Positions 49,301 through 59,131 are shown, counted from the first letter of the stretch. The stretch is DNA of 64,000 bases from an uncultured delta proteobacterium (GCA_963817385.1 CAWFOM010000006.1:128001-192000), one strand, 5' to 3'. Notes: generated from the sequence alone by a model not told the origin. Translations and numbers: made by a program.

Positions 49301-51757
49301 TCAATAAAGCAGGTACTTTTCCCTCATCCCGAGGAAACGTTCGAGCGGCGCCTTCCACAGGAGCGCAACAGCCCGCGGATCCTCTCCGGCCTTGATTGCC
49401 GTAAGTACTTGCTGCGAGCCTATCAAGCTCCGTGTCCCGTCGATCTTGAAATCCCGGGGAAAGAGACGATGAAGCGCGCTGACGATCTCGATCCCGAGAA
49501 GCGCAGAGTCCAGCGTGCCGCGATCTTTCAAGAGGATCCGCGTGCCGCGGCAGGTGCGGCCCTTGTAGAGGGAACTCTCAGGGGTGAACTCGACGGGAAG
49601 AAACTCAACGCCGTCTATTTTCCGGAGATTGAGATAATCTGCAAGCTCCCGCCCGCGGACCCAGGGCGCGCCGAGGAGCTCGAAGGGGGTACTGGTCCCC
49701 CGGCCGACGCTCACATTCGCGCCCTCGACCATTGCGACCCCGGGATAAAGAACGGCTTGGGTGATGCTCCTCAGGTTGGGCGAAGGGTTTACCCACTTCA
49801 GTCCCGTCTCGTCGAACCAGGAATCCCTGCGGTATCCCTTCATCTTCACGACATGCAGTTCCGCCCCGATAGCGTACTCCCCGTTGAAAAGTCCCGCGAG
49901 CTCTCCTACGGTCATACCGTGGCGAACCGGCAGGGGAAAGTATCCGGTAAAGGACTTCATCTCGCTGTCCATCACCGGCCCCTGTACCCGGGCGGCGGTA
50001 AGGGGGTTGGGCCGATCAAGGACATAGAAAGGAATGCGCGTCCTGGCCGCGGCCTCCATCGCATACCCCATGGTGGTGATATAGGTGTAAAAGCGGACCC
50101 CCGCATCCTGAATATCAAAGACGATTGCGTCGAGCCCCGCGAACATCTCCGGCGTGGGCCGCCGGTGGTCTCCGTAAAGGCTGGTGACAGGAAGGCCCGT
50201 TGCCTGATCCCGATGCGAGGCAATCTTTGCGTCGGCATCTCCGTACAGGCCGTGCTCGGGGCTGAAGACCGCGGCGAGCCGTATCCCTTCGGCCTTGCGC
50301 AGCAGGTCGAGCGTGCGGGTCCCTTCGGAATCGAGGCCCGTGTGGTTCGTGATGAGCCCGATACGTTTTCCCTTCAAGAGGGAAAATCCCCCCTCTTTGA
50401 GGATATCGATACCCGTGGCAACTCTCTCGCCCAGGGCTCCCTGACTGCGATCGTTGACACGATCGGCGGGATCTCCCCGCCGGCGGGAGGTTCCGTGACC
50501 GATCTTTTCGAAGTAGCGGGAAAGCTCAGGTCTTTTGGCGAGGATCTGTGTCTCCGAGAGCGGTCCGAGGGCCCTGGAGACGGTCGCTCTGACCTGTGCC
50601 CTGAGCTCCTTCACGTTTCCTTTGCCGTCGGGATGGACCCGGTTGGTAAGCAAAATCACATAGATTCCCGTCACCGGATCAATCCAGAGCGAGGTTCCGG
50701 TGTACCCAAGATGTCCGAATGCGCCCGCCGGGGGAAGCTCGTCCCTGTTCGAGGCGAAGGGCGCTTCGATATCCCATCCCAGCCCATAGGCGTTCCGGAC
50801 TCCCGGAGACTGGGGGATGGTCATCATCTCGACAGCATGGGAGGAGAGAATCCTGGCGCCTCCGTATTCGCCTCCCGCGAGGAGCATGCGCGCGAAGATC
50901 GAGAGATCGGCGGCGCTGGAGAATAGGCCGGCATGCCCGGCGACCCCTCCCATCAGGTAACATTCGGGATCGTGCGCCTCTCCGCAGATAAGCTTGTTTT
51001 TCCGGTACTGCGTGGGTGCGATGCGGTCCCTGAGGCCGGCGGAAATCTTGAATCCCGTTTCCGTCATGCCGAGCGGCGTGAAGATGTACCGGCTACAGTA
51101 CTGATCGAGCGGCTCGCCCGATACGCGGCGTACGACCTCTCCCAAAGCCTCGAAATTGATATCGCTGTAGATGAAACCCGATCCCGGCGGACGCGCGGGC
51201 TTTTCCGCGATGATCTTCCTCATGGCGGCTTCGTATCCGGACCATCGAGGTTTCAGGCTCAGCCCGGCCCTGAGACCGGAATGATGGGTAAGGAGCTGGC
51301 GAACCGTGATCCGCTTCTTGCCGTTCTCTCCAAAGGCAGGCCAGTACTTCGCCACCGGAGCGTCAATATCCAGGTTTCCTTGCTCCGCCAGTTGCATGAC
51401 CGCGGTCGAGGTCGCAATCACCTTGGTAAGCGAGGCGAGATCGAAGATGGTGTCCTTGGTCATGGGTACCTTCTTCGGCTCGAGGGACCGGAAACCGAAG
51501 GCACGGGAGTAAATGATTTCCTCCCGGTTGCCGATCAGGACGACGGCGCCCGGGGTCTTGCCTTCCCTGATCGCGGTTTCCACGATAGAGTCGAGACCGG
51601 CAAGCTGTTCGCCCCGCAGGGAAGGGGAGGAGAGGGGTTTCTCAGCCGGCTGATAGGCCGCCCCGCACATGACGAGCGCAAGCACGGCCAGCACGGACAG
51701 GCGCACAGAATGGAGCGGCTTCGCAAGGCGCCGCATTGTCTTACCCCTGAGGATCAT
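49301..51757 (-). CDS. Serine hydrolase (beta-lactamase-like) fused to DUF1343/NamZ-like exo-beta-N-acetylmuramidase domain
   Basis: FDLASLTK, YSD and GHLGYTG, then GLITNHTG, FSPEHG, DIQDAGVRFYTY, LDRPNP and PSPNL. Confidence 0.9.
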   Translation of the reverse strand: MILRGKTMRRLAKPLHSVRLSVLAVLALVMCGAAYQPAEKPLSSPSLRGEQLAGLDSIVETAIREGKTPGAVVLIGNREEIIYSRAFGFRSLEPKKVPMTKDTIFDLASLTKVIATSTAVMQLAEQGNLDIDAPVAKYWPAFGENGKKRITVRQLLTHHSGLRAGLSLKPRWSGYEAAMRKIIAEKPARPPGSGFIYSDINFEALGEVVRRVSGEPLDQYCSRYIFTPLGMTETGFKISAGLRDRIAPTQYRKNKLICGEAHDPECYLMGGVAGHAGLFSSAADLSIFARMLLAGGEYGGARILSSHAVEMMTIPQSPGVRNAYGLGWDIEAPFASNRDELPPAGAFGHLGYTGTSLWIDPVTGIYVILLTNRVHPDGKGNVKELRAQVRATVSRALGPLSETQILAKRPELSRYFEKIGHGTSRRRGDPADRVNDRSQGALGERVATGIDILKEGGFSLLKGKRIGLITNHTGLDSEGTRTLDLLRKAEGIRLAAVFSPEHGLYGDADAKIASHRDQATGLPVTSLYGDHRRPTPEMFAGLDAIVFDIQDAGVRFYTYITTMGYAMEAAARTRIPFYVLDRPNPLTAARVQGPVMDSEMKSFTGYFPLPVRHGMTVGELAGLFNGEYAIGAELHVVKMKGYRRDSWFDETGLKWVNPSPNLRSITQAVLYPGVAMVEGANVSVGRGTSTPFELLGAPWVRGRELADYLNLRKIDGVEFLPVEFTPESSLYKGRTCRGTRILLKDRGTLDSALLGIEIVSALHRLFPRDFKIDGTRSLIGSQQVLTAIKAGEDPRAVALLWKAPLERFLGMREKYLLY

Positions 51758-53069
51758 GCATTATGGCTTCGGTTCGCGAGACCTTCTCACGCCGCTTCAG
51801 CCCATCCGAGACATAGACATTCCTCGGATTCCAGAGCATCCATCCTCCGGAGCCGAAGTCATCGGAGGCCTTTATCTGCGTTTTGATCTCGGCGCCCGTG
51901 AAATGCCTCCGGTCAAAGGCATAATCCCGGAAGGCTTGCAGCCACGGCCTGAAGCGGACCGGGGGGATAGCCGTCCTCTCCTGCGCCTTCTTCAGCGTAA
52001 GCGAGACGATCTCGTAGGGATGGGCCACGGGATTCCGGTACCCGGGGATTCCGAACTGGAACCCCGAGGGGTAGAGCATGAGGGAGAGGTAGTCGACATG
52101 CGGCTCGATGGCAACGAGCTTTTGCCCGATCTGCGTGTCGCAGAGGTTCCATGATACATACCCGAAGATATCGGCGGCGAGAAAAACATTGTAGGGGGCG
52201 AGCCGCCTTTTCGCTTCCGCGAGGAAACCCGAGATGTACTTCACCCTGTTCTCTTCGGAGTTCTGGACTGCGAATTTCAATCCCTTTTTGTCCGGGAATC
52301 TCACATAGTCGAACTGGATCTCGTCGAAGCCGTGTCCGGCGGCCTCTACCGCGAGGTCGATATTGTACTGCCAGACTTCCTGTTTCGAGGGATCAACCCA
52401 GATGAGATTCTCCCTGTCGCGCCAGACACCACCGTCCTGGGTCCTTACGGTAAGGTCGGGCCGGGCCGTCCCGAGCACATTGTCCTTGAAGACGACGATC
52501 CGGGCGATGGTATAAACCCCCTTCTCCTTCAGGGAGCGGACCAATTCTCTTACGTCCTTCACGATGATCAGCTTTTGCGCGCCGATCTGATGAGCAAAGG
52601 GAACTTCCGTCTTATAGGTGACTACTCCTTTGTCGCCTTTTACATCTATCACGAGCGCATTGAGCTCCGTCTCTTCGATGAGCTTGAGCGCCGAGTTTCT
52701 CAGTCCCCGGTCCCCGATCCCGTAATAGGTCATATAGAGCGCCTTGGGAGTGAGCGGCAGGAGAGCGATCTCCACGGGGCTCTTCGGCGCAGGAGCGGGA
52801 AGCGCGACCTCTCCCCGTCGATACCCGTATGCCCGCACGCCGACCTTCGTCGCCGCAGATTTCATTGTGAACATGCCTTGCTCATCAGTGCGGAGCACCT
52901 CGTTCGGAAGTGTCACAATTGCCCTGGCAATCGGTCTTTTCGTCGTGAAGTCGGTCACCCTTCCCATGGCATATTCATCCGCAAAGGCAGAAAAGGGGAA
53001 AGCAAACAAAAATCCAAGAAACCAAAGAAATGCACGAAACGCGGCTGCCCCGTAGTTATGAATTTTCAT
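51741..53069 (-). CDS. Putative glycoside hydrolase (DUF4015-like) with N-terminal beta-sandwich
   Basis: NALVIDVK, IARIVVFKD, GFDEIQFDYVRFP and RPWLQAF motifs; signal peptide. Confidence 0.85.
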   Translation of the reverse strand: MKIHNYGAAAFRAFLWFLGFLFAFPFSAFADEYAMGRVTDFTTKRPIARAIVTLPNEVLRTDEQGMFTMKSAATKVGVRAYGYRRGEVALPAPAPKSPVEIALLPLTPKALYMTYYGIGDRGLRNSALKLIEETELNALVIDVKGDKGVVTYKTEVPFAHQIGAQKLIIVKDVRELVRSLKEKGVYTIARIVVFKDNVLGTARPDLTVRTQDGGVWRDRENLIWVDPSKQEVWQYNIDLAVEAAGHGFDEIQFDYVRFPDKKGLKFAVQNSEENRVKYISGFLAEAKRRLAPYNVFLAADIFGYVSWNLCDTQIGQKLVAIEPHVDYLSLMLYPSGFQFGIPGYRNPVAHPYEIVSLTLKKAQERTAIPPVRFRPWLQAFRDYAFDRRHFTGAEIKTQIKASDDFGSGGWMLWNPRNVYVSDGLKRREKVSRTEAIMHDPQG

Positions 53070-53076
53070 ACTGCAA

Positions 53077-53871
53077 TTATCCTTTCCCCGCAAGAATGTT
53101 TTCGAATTTTTTCCCCTTATCCGCATTGATCAAGAGATAGCGCGGGAGTTTCAGGAGACCATCCTGACTGCACGCGCGCCTGCGCTCTATCGTGAAGGCG
53201 GCGATATATCCCGCCTCCCTGGCCTTTCCCGCGAGATAGTCGTCACAAATGCCGAAGGGCCACGCGAGCATGTCGGGCCTGGTACCGAGCTCCTGCTCTA
53301 TCTTGACGAGTGTTTTTTTCATCTGCATATCCACGAGCTTTTCAAAATCCGCAGGCCCAAGTTTTTTGCGCTCCCTCAAGAAGTTCGGGTGCCAATAGGT
53401 GTGCGACTGAAAATCGAAGAGTCCGGTCTTCTGCAACGCCCGCAACTCATCCCACGTCATGGCGTAGGTCGCATTCGAGATCGCCGATGGGTAGATGAAG
53501 AGCGTGACCGGAATGGAATATTTCCTGACCAGCGGCAACATATCGGTGTAGACCGATTTGTGACCGTCATCGGCGACGATCACCACCGATTTGGGGGGGA
53601 GATCGGGGATTTTCCCGAGATAGAAATCGATCAGTTTCCTCAGGGGGATAACGGTGTACCCGTTTTTCGCAAGGTATTCCAGATGGGATGCGAACACCTG
53701 GGTAGTCACGGTCATCCCGTCGGCCATGGTGGGCCCGAAGCGGTGATAGAGCAGAATCGGGATTTCGTTCCGCTCACTATTCGCCGTCCCTTGCTGCGTT
53801 GCCCCTTGCACAAGGGGAATCGCGAGGCAGAGAAAAGCAAGCAGAACTGAGGCCATCAGACCTTTCCGCAT
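53077..53871 (-). CDS. Polysaccharide deacetylase family protein
   Basis: ILLYHRF, ADDG, QSHTYWHP and AWPFG motifs; signal peptide. Confidence 0.9.
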   Translation of the reverse strand: MRKGLMASVLLAFLCLAIPLVQGATQQGTANSERNEIPILLYHRFGPTMADGMTVTTQVFASHLEYLAKNGYTVIPLRKLIDFYLGKIPDLPPKSVVIVADDGHKSVYTDMLPLVRKYSIPVTLFIYPSAISNATYAMTWDELRALQKTGLFDFQSHTYWHPNFLRERKKLGPADFEKLVDMQMKKTLVKIEQELGTRPDMLAWPFGICDDYLAGKAREAGYIAAFTIERRRACSQDGLLKLPRYLLINADKGKKFENILAGKG

Positions 53872-54249
53872 TGAAAACTCCCTTCGCACCGGCATTGCTC
53901 AGGTTGCGGAAATCCATAAGGGATGCCCGCAGAGAGAGGTATGGAGGCGCGAAAGGCTTATACGCAAGAAACGAACCAGATTAACTGTTATTTTAAGTAG
54001 GTGTAATGACGAGGGTTTTTTGAAACCCTATCCGCTCTGAACGCCGGGCAGGTGGGAATCAGGAAAGAATTTCCTATTAAAAAAATCTTCCTTCACCGAT
54101 CGAGCAGATCCACGGCGGCGATGGAGCAGGCGCGGGCAATGCCCGGTTGTTCCATAAGACTTACACCGGCCGCCGCGCCCAGATTCGAACAGCCGGAATT
54201 CCTTCGGAGGCAGCGGGATATTGACGGGGCTGATAGGAAATTTGACGGT

Positions 54250-54469
54250 CGCCAACACCCTCATCCTGGATGAGCCGACGAATCACCTAGACCTCGAATC
54301 GCTCACTGGCCTGAACAACAGGCTCATCGCCTTTCCGGAGGTGCTGCTCCTGGCCTCCCGCGATCACGAGCTGGTATCCACCGTGGCGAACCGGAGCGTG
54401 GAGATCACCTCCGACGGGGTGGTCGACCGGATGATGGGGTTTGAAGAGTACCTGGAAGCAGGTTGAGCG
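54250..54469 (+). pseudogene. Duplicated 3' end (220 bp) of the ABC-F gene
   Basis: Ungapped match to 45439-45658 with about 16 substitutions (manual count). Confidence 0.92.
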
Positions 54470-54513
54470 GTGTGACGGTTCCAGATGAAAAAGAGGAACG
54501 ATCTCAAAAGAGC

Positions 54514-54550
54514 TTCATCCGGTTCATACGTACTTCTGAGGTGATAATCT
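54514..54550 (-). repeat. 37-bp dispersed repeat, copy 2
   Basis: Reverse complement AGATTATCACCTCAGAAGTACGTATGAACCGGATGAA matches 3575-3611. Confidence 0.75.
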
Positions 54551-55241
54551 TTTCAATTGAGCTTTGGCTGACTTACACTGGAGAAAAAATATTACTTTGT
54601 CGAAATCTTGGTTTTGAATGGTTCCCCATAATGCATTGCGGTAACCACGTGCACAATTTCACTTGGTAACTCTTTTCTAGTTATCGTCTTTAAGATGTTG
54701 TTTGAACTTAATGAGACACCGAACTCTGTCTGGCTCCATTGTGATAGTTGAGACAAAAGTCTCATATTCCCCTTTTATCCGAGTCGGTTTTAACGCCTAC
54801 CTCCTACCGTCCCCTGATTTCTGATAAGCACGGCTGAGACTGGTCCGTCAACGGTCGAACGACGAGTGAGCCGAAGGGAAACCTTGACAGATGAGGCGCT
54901 CGTGCTACCCCTTCGCGGGCGACGAGAGATTGAAGAGCCCCGCTTTGGTAACACGGGGGCCAAAAAATTCGTAGAATGAACTGTATCTGATAGTCAGCAG
55001 GTTACCCATGAGGAAGTAAAAAGTTCGGCAGATATTCAATACCGCTTGAAAGGAAGTACGCCCACTAAAATTATCAGATGCTCAAACTCCAGGAAGGTTT
55101 CATTAATAAAGCCGCATCAAGATTTTTCAAGATGATCCAAACACGGAAATTGTTGTCTCCACCTACAAACAAACGGCAGGTAATAATTAGGGTTATTGAA
55201 GATTATCGATAGAAATGCTGAACGTTTGGCGTCACCCGAGC

Positions 55242-55637
55242 TTAAAACTGAGGGATGCCGTCTTCCACCGTGACCATATGACTCGTGCCGTCCTTTACAT
55301 TTGTGAGCATAACCTCATTTCGGTTCTTACGATGGCGCTGAAACCGGAAACAACTGGCGACACCGATCTCTGGCGACATAGTGCACACTTGATCGTTGCC
55401 TTTGACTTCCCATGTGCGCGGGAGGGAATTACCTCCCTGTGCGATATAAATTCCCTTTCCATCGGCACGATAGTGCCCGACCCAATGGTTACCTTTGAAC
55501 GTCTTGTTGGAGTATAAGGCGCGTAATTCTTTGGGATCCTTAATGTCGACCCAGTCCTTCGAGCTCTGCGGCATGGCTGGCGTCGAGAGCATGCAGATCA
55601 GAACACCTGTCAAAAAAGCGATATTTCTCGATTTCAT
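55242..55637 (-). CDS. Exported hypothetical protein (131 aa)
   Basis: GGGAGG RBS, signal peptide, ELRALYSNKT..YRADG..W.V....VC pattern. Confidence 0.7.
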   Translation of the reverse strand: MKSRNIAFLTGVLICMLSTPAMPQSSKDWVDIKDPKELRALYSNKTFKGNHWVGHYRADGKGIYIAQGGNSLPRTWEVKGNDQVCTMSPEIGVASCFRFQRHRKNRNEVMLTNVKDGTSHMVTVEDGIPQF

Positions 55638-55744
55638 GGCATTTCCCTCCCAAAGGTTCGTTTTCAGATGATCAGTGCGAGTCGTTGACAACAATAACGC
55701 CCACCACTTCTTTTCCGGAATAGCTTCATTGAAATTAAAAGACA

Positions 55745-55855
55745 AAAGCCTCCAAAGAGGTTAAGTAACCTCAATGGGAGGCTTCATATTGGCACCTTCC
55801 GATAATTCCTTTTCAGAGTGGACTCCAGAAGGTTAAGGGGTAGGTTGATGGGTTT
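55745..55855 (-). promoter_or_regulatory. Leader-peptide/terminator element, copy B (uORF 55816-55784, CTG-KRNYRKVPI)
   Basis: GGAG, short ORF, then TGA directly followed by AGCCTCC-GAGGTTA/TAACCTC-GGAGGCT-TTT. Confidence 0.6.
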
Positions 55856-56090
55856 ACTGAGCTATAAGAGAAACGACGCCTGATAAATGCTCTTATGCGA
55901 ATGGAAAGTCAAGTGACAAATTTCATTGATAACCATTTGAAAGGGTGGATATTTTTCAAAATCACCGGACGCTTGACTTCAGAAGGAAACGACACCATCT
56001 CCCGCCCCAAAAATCACGCCCAACAATCTGTACTTTTCACTCCGAAGTCAATTCCCATGAGGGCAATCTCTCTGCACCAGCCCTCCTCCT

Positions 56091-56375
56091 TCACGCCGCC
56101 GTTTTCAGTCTGACATGCATGCCCGCCCTCGTGGCAAGAGTGACAAGCATTTCGAGGCTGAACCTCTCCCATTTCCCTCTAATCAGGTCGGATATTCTCG
56201 ATTGGCTGACACACAGAATTTTCGCGGCATTGGCCTGCGTAAGCTTCTTGGCCTCAATGAACTTGCGGAGCTTGGCCATAAGATCAGCACGCATCTGGAG
56301 AATTGCCGCTTCTTCTGGGGCATATCCAAGATCAATAAATACGTTGCCGGATGACTTAATAATTGTCCCGCTCAT
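56091..56375 (-). CDS. XRE-family HTH antitoxin (HigA-like)
   Basis: SSGNVFIDLG, LTQANAAKIL.VSQSRISDL.RG; directly downstream of the toxin. Confidence 0.88.
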   Translation of the reverse strand: MSGTIIKSSGNVFIDLGYAPEEAAILQMRADLMAKLRKFIEAKKLTQANAAKILCVSQSRISDLIRGKWERFSLEMLVTLATRAGMHVRLKTAA

Positions 56376-56378
56376 AAA

Positions 56379-56699
56379 TTATCCTCCAATTTGCTTGTAA
56401 CGTTGGCGAGCCAAATCAATATCTTGTTTACTCGTTTTTTTCGACTTCTTTTGAAATGCATGAAGCACATAAACCGCTTCGTTATGCTTCGCGAGATAGA
56501 TAACCCGCCACTCGCCAAGTATGTGAATACGAATTTCCTTTACACCGGCTCCTACAATTTGCATTGGCTTCCAGTCACTCGGCTCAAGTCCTGACTGAAT
56601 CGCGTGAAGCTCAAAACCCGCAGCCCGTCTCGCTTCATCAGGAAAGTTACGAAGATCATCGAGGCTTGAGGCTATGAATTTCAGCGGCTTTATCTTCAT
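56379..56699 (-). CDS. RelE/ParE superfamily toxin (HigB/Gp49-like)
   Basis: DWKPM..VGAGVKEIRI, RVIY and VYVLHAFQKKS motifs. Confidence 0.9.
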   Translation of the reverse strand: MKIKPLKFIASSLDDLRNFPDEARRAAGFELHAIQSGLEPSDWKPMQIVGAGVKEIRIHILGEWRVIYLAKHNEAVYVLHAFQKKSKKTSKQDIDLARQRYKQIGG

Positions 56700-56705
56700 T
56701 GAGGC

Positions 56706-56733
56706 ATTATATAAGTTTTTGTATATTTGACAA
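56706..56733 (-). promoter_or_regulatory. Toxin-antitoxin promoter/operator, leaderless arrangement
   Basis: TTGTCA-16-TATAAT ending 6 nt before ATG; imperfect palindrome ATATACAAAAACTTATAT. Confidence 0.5.
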
Positions 56734-56904
56734 GGACAAAATTCAAGGCATTTTAAGTCGATGAATACCGTTTGTAAACATGCATTTCTGTCAAGAGCGA
56801 CGTTTTATTGAGTACAGGAAGAAGTCTACACCCAAAAACTCGTAAGGAATCACCATATCCCTTTGCGTCTCAGCTGGGCTGACCTTTTCCTCAATCAATA
56901 ATAA

Positions 56905-56953
56905 TTGAAGCTCCGCCCACAGGGCAGGGCTTGCGGGTTGCGCTCCCGGTCAA
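56905..56953 (-). mobile_element. IS200/IS605-like end hairpin remnant
   Basis: GCCCTGCCCTGTGGGCGGAGCTTCAA; 15-nt identity with 21160-21174; ends in TTCAA. Confidence 0.45.
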
Positions 56954-56955
56954 TC

Positions 56956-58458
56956 CTACTCGGCATCGACCAGCTTCTCCCTCTTCTTCCCGATGGCGGG
57001 GATCAGGGGAAATAGTAAAAAGGCCAAGGCGATCAGAAGCGCCCCGAGTGCCAACGGACGCTTGACGAAGATGTCCAGTCCCCCGTGGGAGATGATCAGG
57101 GACTGGCGCAGGGCCGTCTCCAGCAGGGGGCCCAGGATAAAGGCAAGGATCAAAGGCCCCCCGTCGTACCGGTATTTCTTCATCAGGTAGCCGATCCCGC
57201 CGAAGGCCAGCATCACCACCATGTCGACCACCCGGAAATTCACGCTGTAGGAACCGATCAGGCAAAACAGGATGATCAGGGGAAAGAGGATCTTGTAGGG
57301 GACCTTCAGGACCTTCACCCAGATCCCGATCAGGGGGAGGTTCAGGACCAAGAGCATCACGTTTCCGATGATCATGCTGATCATCACCCCCCAGAAAAAG
57401 TCGGGCTGCTTCTGGATGAGCATCGGACCGGGCACCGTTCCGTGGATCATCAGGGCCGCCAGGAACAGGGCCATCACCACGTTCGAAGGGATCCCCAGGG
57501 TGAGCAGGGGGACCATGGAGCCGAAGGTCGCCGCATTGTTGGCCGACTCGGGACCGGCCACCCCCTCGATGGCTCCCTTGCCGAACCCCTCCGGGTGTTT
57601 CGAGATCCGCTTCTCGACGGCGTAGGAGACAAAGGAGGAGATCACCGCCGTCCCCCCGGGGATGACCCCGATGAAAAACCCGAGAATGGAGCCCCGGGTG
57701 ATCGGCGCCCACGACCTTTTCCAGTCCTCCCGGTTCGGCAGGAGCCCTTTGATCTTCGTTTCATAGACATCCCTTTGCTCCTGTTGCTCCAGGTTGAAAA
57801 GGACCTCGGAGATGCCGAAAAGCCCCATGACCACCGGGACCATGTCAAAGCCGTCCAGGAGGGGCTTGATCCCGTAGGTGAGTCGGGGGGTCCCGCTGAT
57901 CGGGTCCATTCCGACGCATCCCAGGACGATGCCCAGCGCCACCATCAGCAAGGCCTTGACCATGGACCCCGACCCCAGGAACGTGGAGAGGGTGAGCCCC
58001 AGGACCATCAGGCCGAAAAACTCCGGCGGTCCGAAATCGAAGGCCAGACGGGAGAGAGACGGGGCCAGCAGGGAGATCATCGCCACGCCGAAAAAGCCGG
58101 CGATGAACGAGCCGAAGGCCGAAATCCCCAGTGCCCGGCCTGCCTTTCCCTGGCGGGCCATCTGATACCCGTCGAAGCAGGTCACCACGGAGGCCGCCTC
58201 GCCGGGGATGTTGACCAGGATCGAGGTGGTCGAGCCGCCGTACATCGCCCCGTAATAGATCCCGGACAGCATGATGATCGCCGAGACCGGGCTCATCGTA
58301 AAGGTGGCCGGCATGAGGATCGCCACGGCGCCCGACGTCCCGATCCCGGGCAGGACCCCGATCAGCGTCCCGATCAGGACCCCGATGAAACAATACATCA
58401 GATTCATGGGCTGGAAGGCGGTGACGACCCCGATCTGCAGCCCGGCAAAAAAATCCAT
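56956..58458 (-). CDS. tctA: TTT permease
   Basis: GAMYGGSTTSIL and GPESANNA motifs. Confidence 0.95.
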   Translation of the reverse strand: MDFFAGLQIGVVTAFQPMNLMYCFIGVLIGTLIGVLPGIGTSGAVAILMPATFTMSPVSAIIMLSGIYYGAMYGGSTTSILVNIPGEAASVVTCFDGYQMARQGKAGRALGISAFGSFIAGFFGVAMISLLAPSLSRLAFDFGPPEFFGLMVLGLTLSTFLGSGSMVKALLMVALGIVLGCVGMDPISGTPRLTYGIKPLLDGFDMVPVVMGLFGISEVLFNLEQQEQRDVYETKIKGLLPNREDWKRSWAPITRGSILGFFIGVIPGGTAVISSFVSYAVEKRISKHPEGFGKGAIEGVAGPESANNAATFGSMVPLLTLGIPSNVVMALFLAALMIHGTVPGPMLIQKQPDFFWGVMISMIIGNVMLLVLNLPLIGIWVKVLKVPYKILFPLIILFCLIGSYSVNFRVVDMVVMLAFGGIGYLMKKYRYDGGPLILAFILGPLLETALRQSLIISHGGLDIFVKRPLALGALLIALAFLLFPLIPAIGKKREKLVDAE

Positions 58459-58467
58459 ATATTCCCC

Positions 58468-58929
58468 TTAGGCCCGGATGAAGCTCAGGACTCCCGGAGG
58501 GAACTGGAGTTCCAAAAAGACCCCGAAGACCAGGTAGCAGATCGCGATGGTCACCGCCGATAAAAGCAGTGCGTTCCGCCAGCTTTGGGGCTCCAGCCCC
58601 TTGAACAGATAAACGAGGAGCAGGAAGGTGCTCAGGATGAATCCCAGGACCTGGAAAACCGCCACGTAGAGGAAGAGGGCCGCCATGAGCTTCGCCCCGC
58701 GGAACCATCGGACCCCCCGCCAGAGGGCTTTGTGTTCTTGATCGGGGGTCGTAAAGGTTGCGATGAAAAAAAAGGCGCTGAGGATCACGATGATCACACC
58801 CATCCAGAAGATCATGAACCCCGGTTTGGGCGCCCGCCCGGTGCCCAGTTTCAGCAGAAACCCCTCGTACGTGATGTAGAGGCCGAAGACCGCCCAGAGC
58901 AGGGACTGGATTCGCTCGCTTTTTCTCAT
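58468..58929 (-). CDS. tctB: TTT small membrane subunit
   Basis: PKPGF motif, TM segments, LELQFPPG. Confidence 0.88.
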   Translation of the reverse strand: MRKSERIQSLLWAVFGLYITYEGFLLKLGTGRAPKPGFMIFWMGVIIVILSAFFFIATFTTPDQEHKALWRGVRWFRGAKLMAALFLYVAVFQVLGFILSTFLLLVYLFKGLEPQSWRNALLLSAVTIAICYLVFGVFLELQFPPGVLSFIRA

Positions 58930-58939
58930 CGATCCCCCG

Positions 58940-59066
58940 ACAGGCTGTTGAAAAATGTCCGTCTGCGGCGTTTCCCTCATTCTGCGCCGTTCAACGTACC
59001 CCAAAAGTACGCCCCACGGCTCAGAATTTCGGGGGCCTTGGATCCAGACGTTTTTGAACAGCCTGT
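58940..59066. mobile_element. MITE-like palindromic element (127 bp)
   Basis: Terminal inverted repeats ACAGGCTGTTGAAAAA / TTTTTGAACAGCCTGT (15/16), non-coding, between tctC and tctB. Confidence 0.65.
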
Positions 59067-59131
59067 GAATCAGCAACTTTTTCAACCGGCCTCTCAGGCG
59101 GCGTTTGGCCGTTCGCAGCCGGGTGCTAAAG

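Noticed and set aside
54710..54845. TGAGAC repeats and the TGAGACAAAAGTCTCA palindrome as a res site
   Set aside because: Too short, and no resolvase nearby
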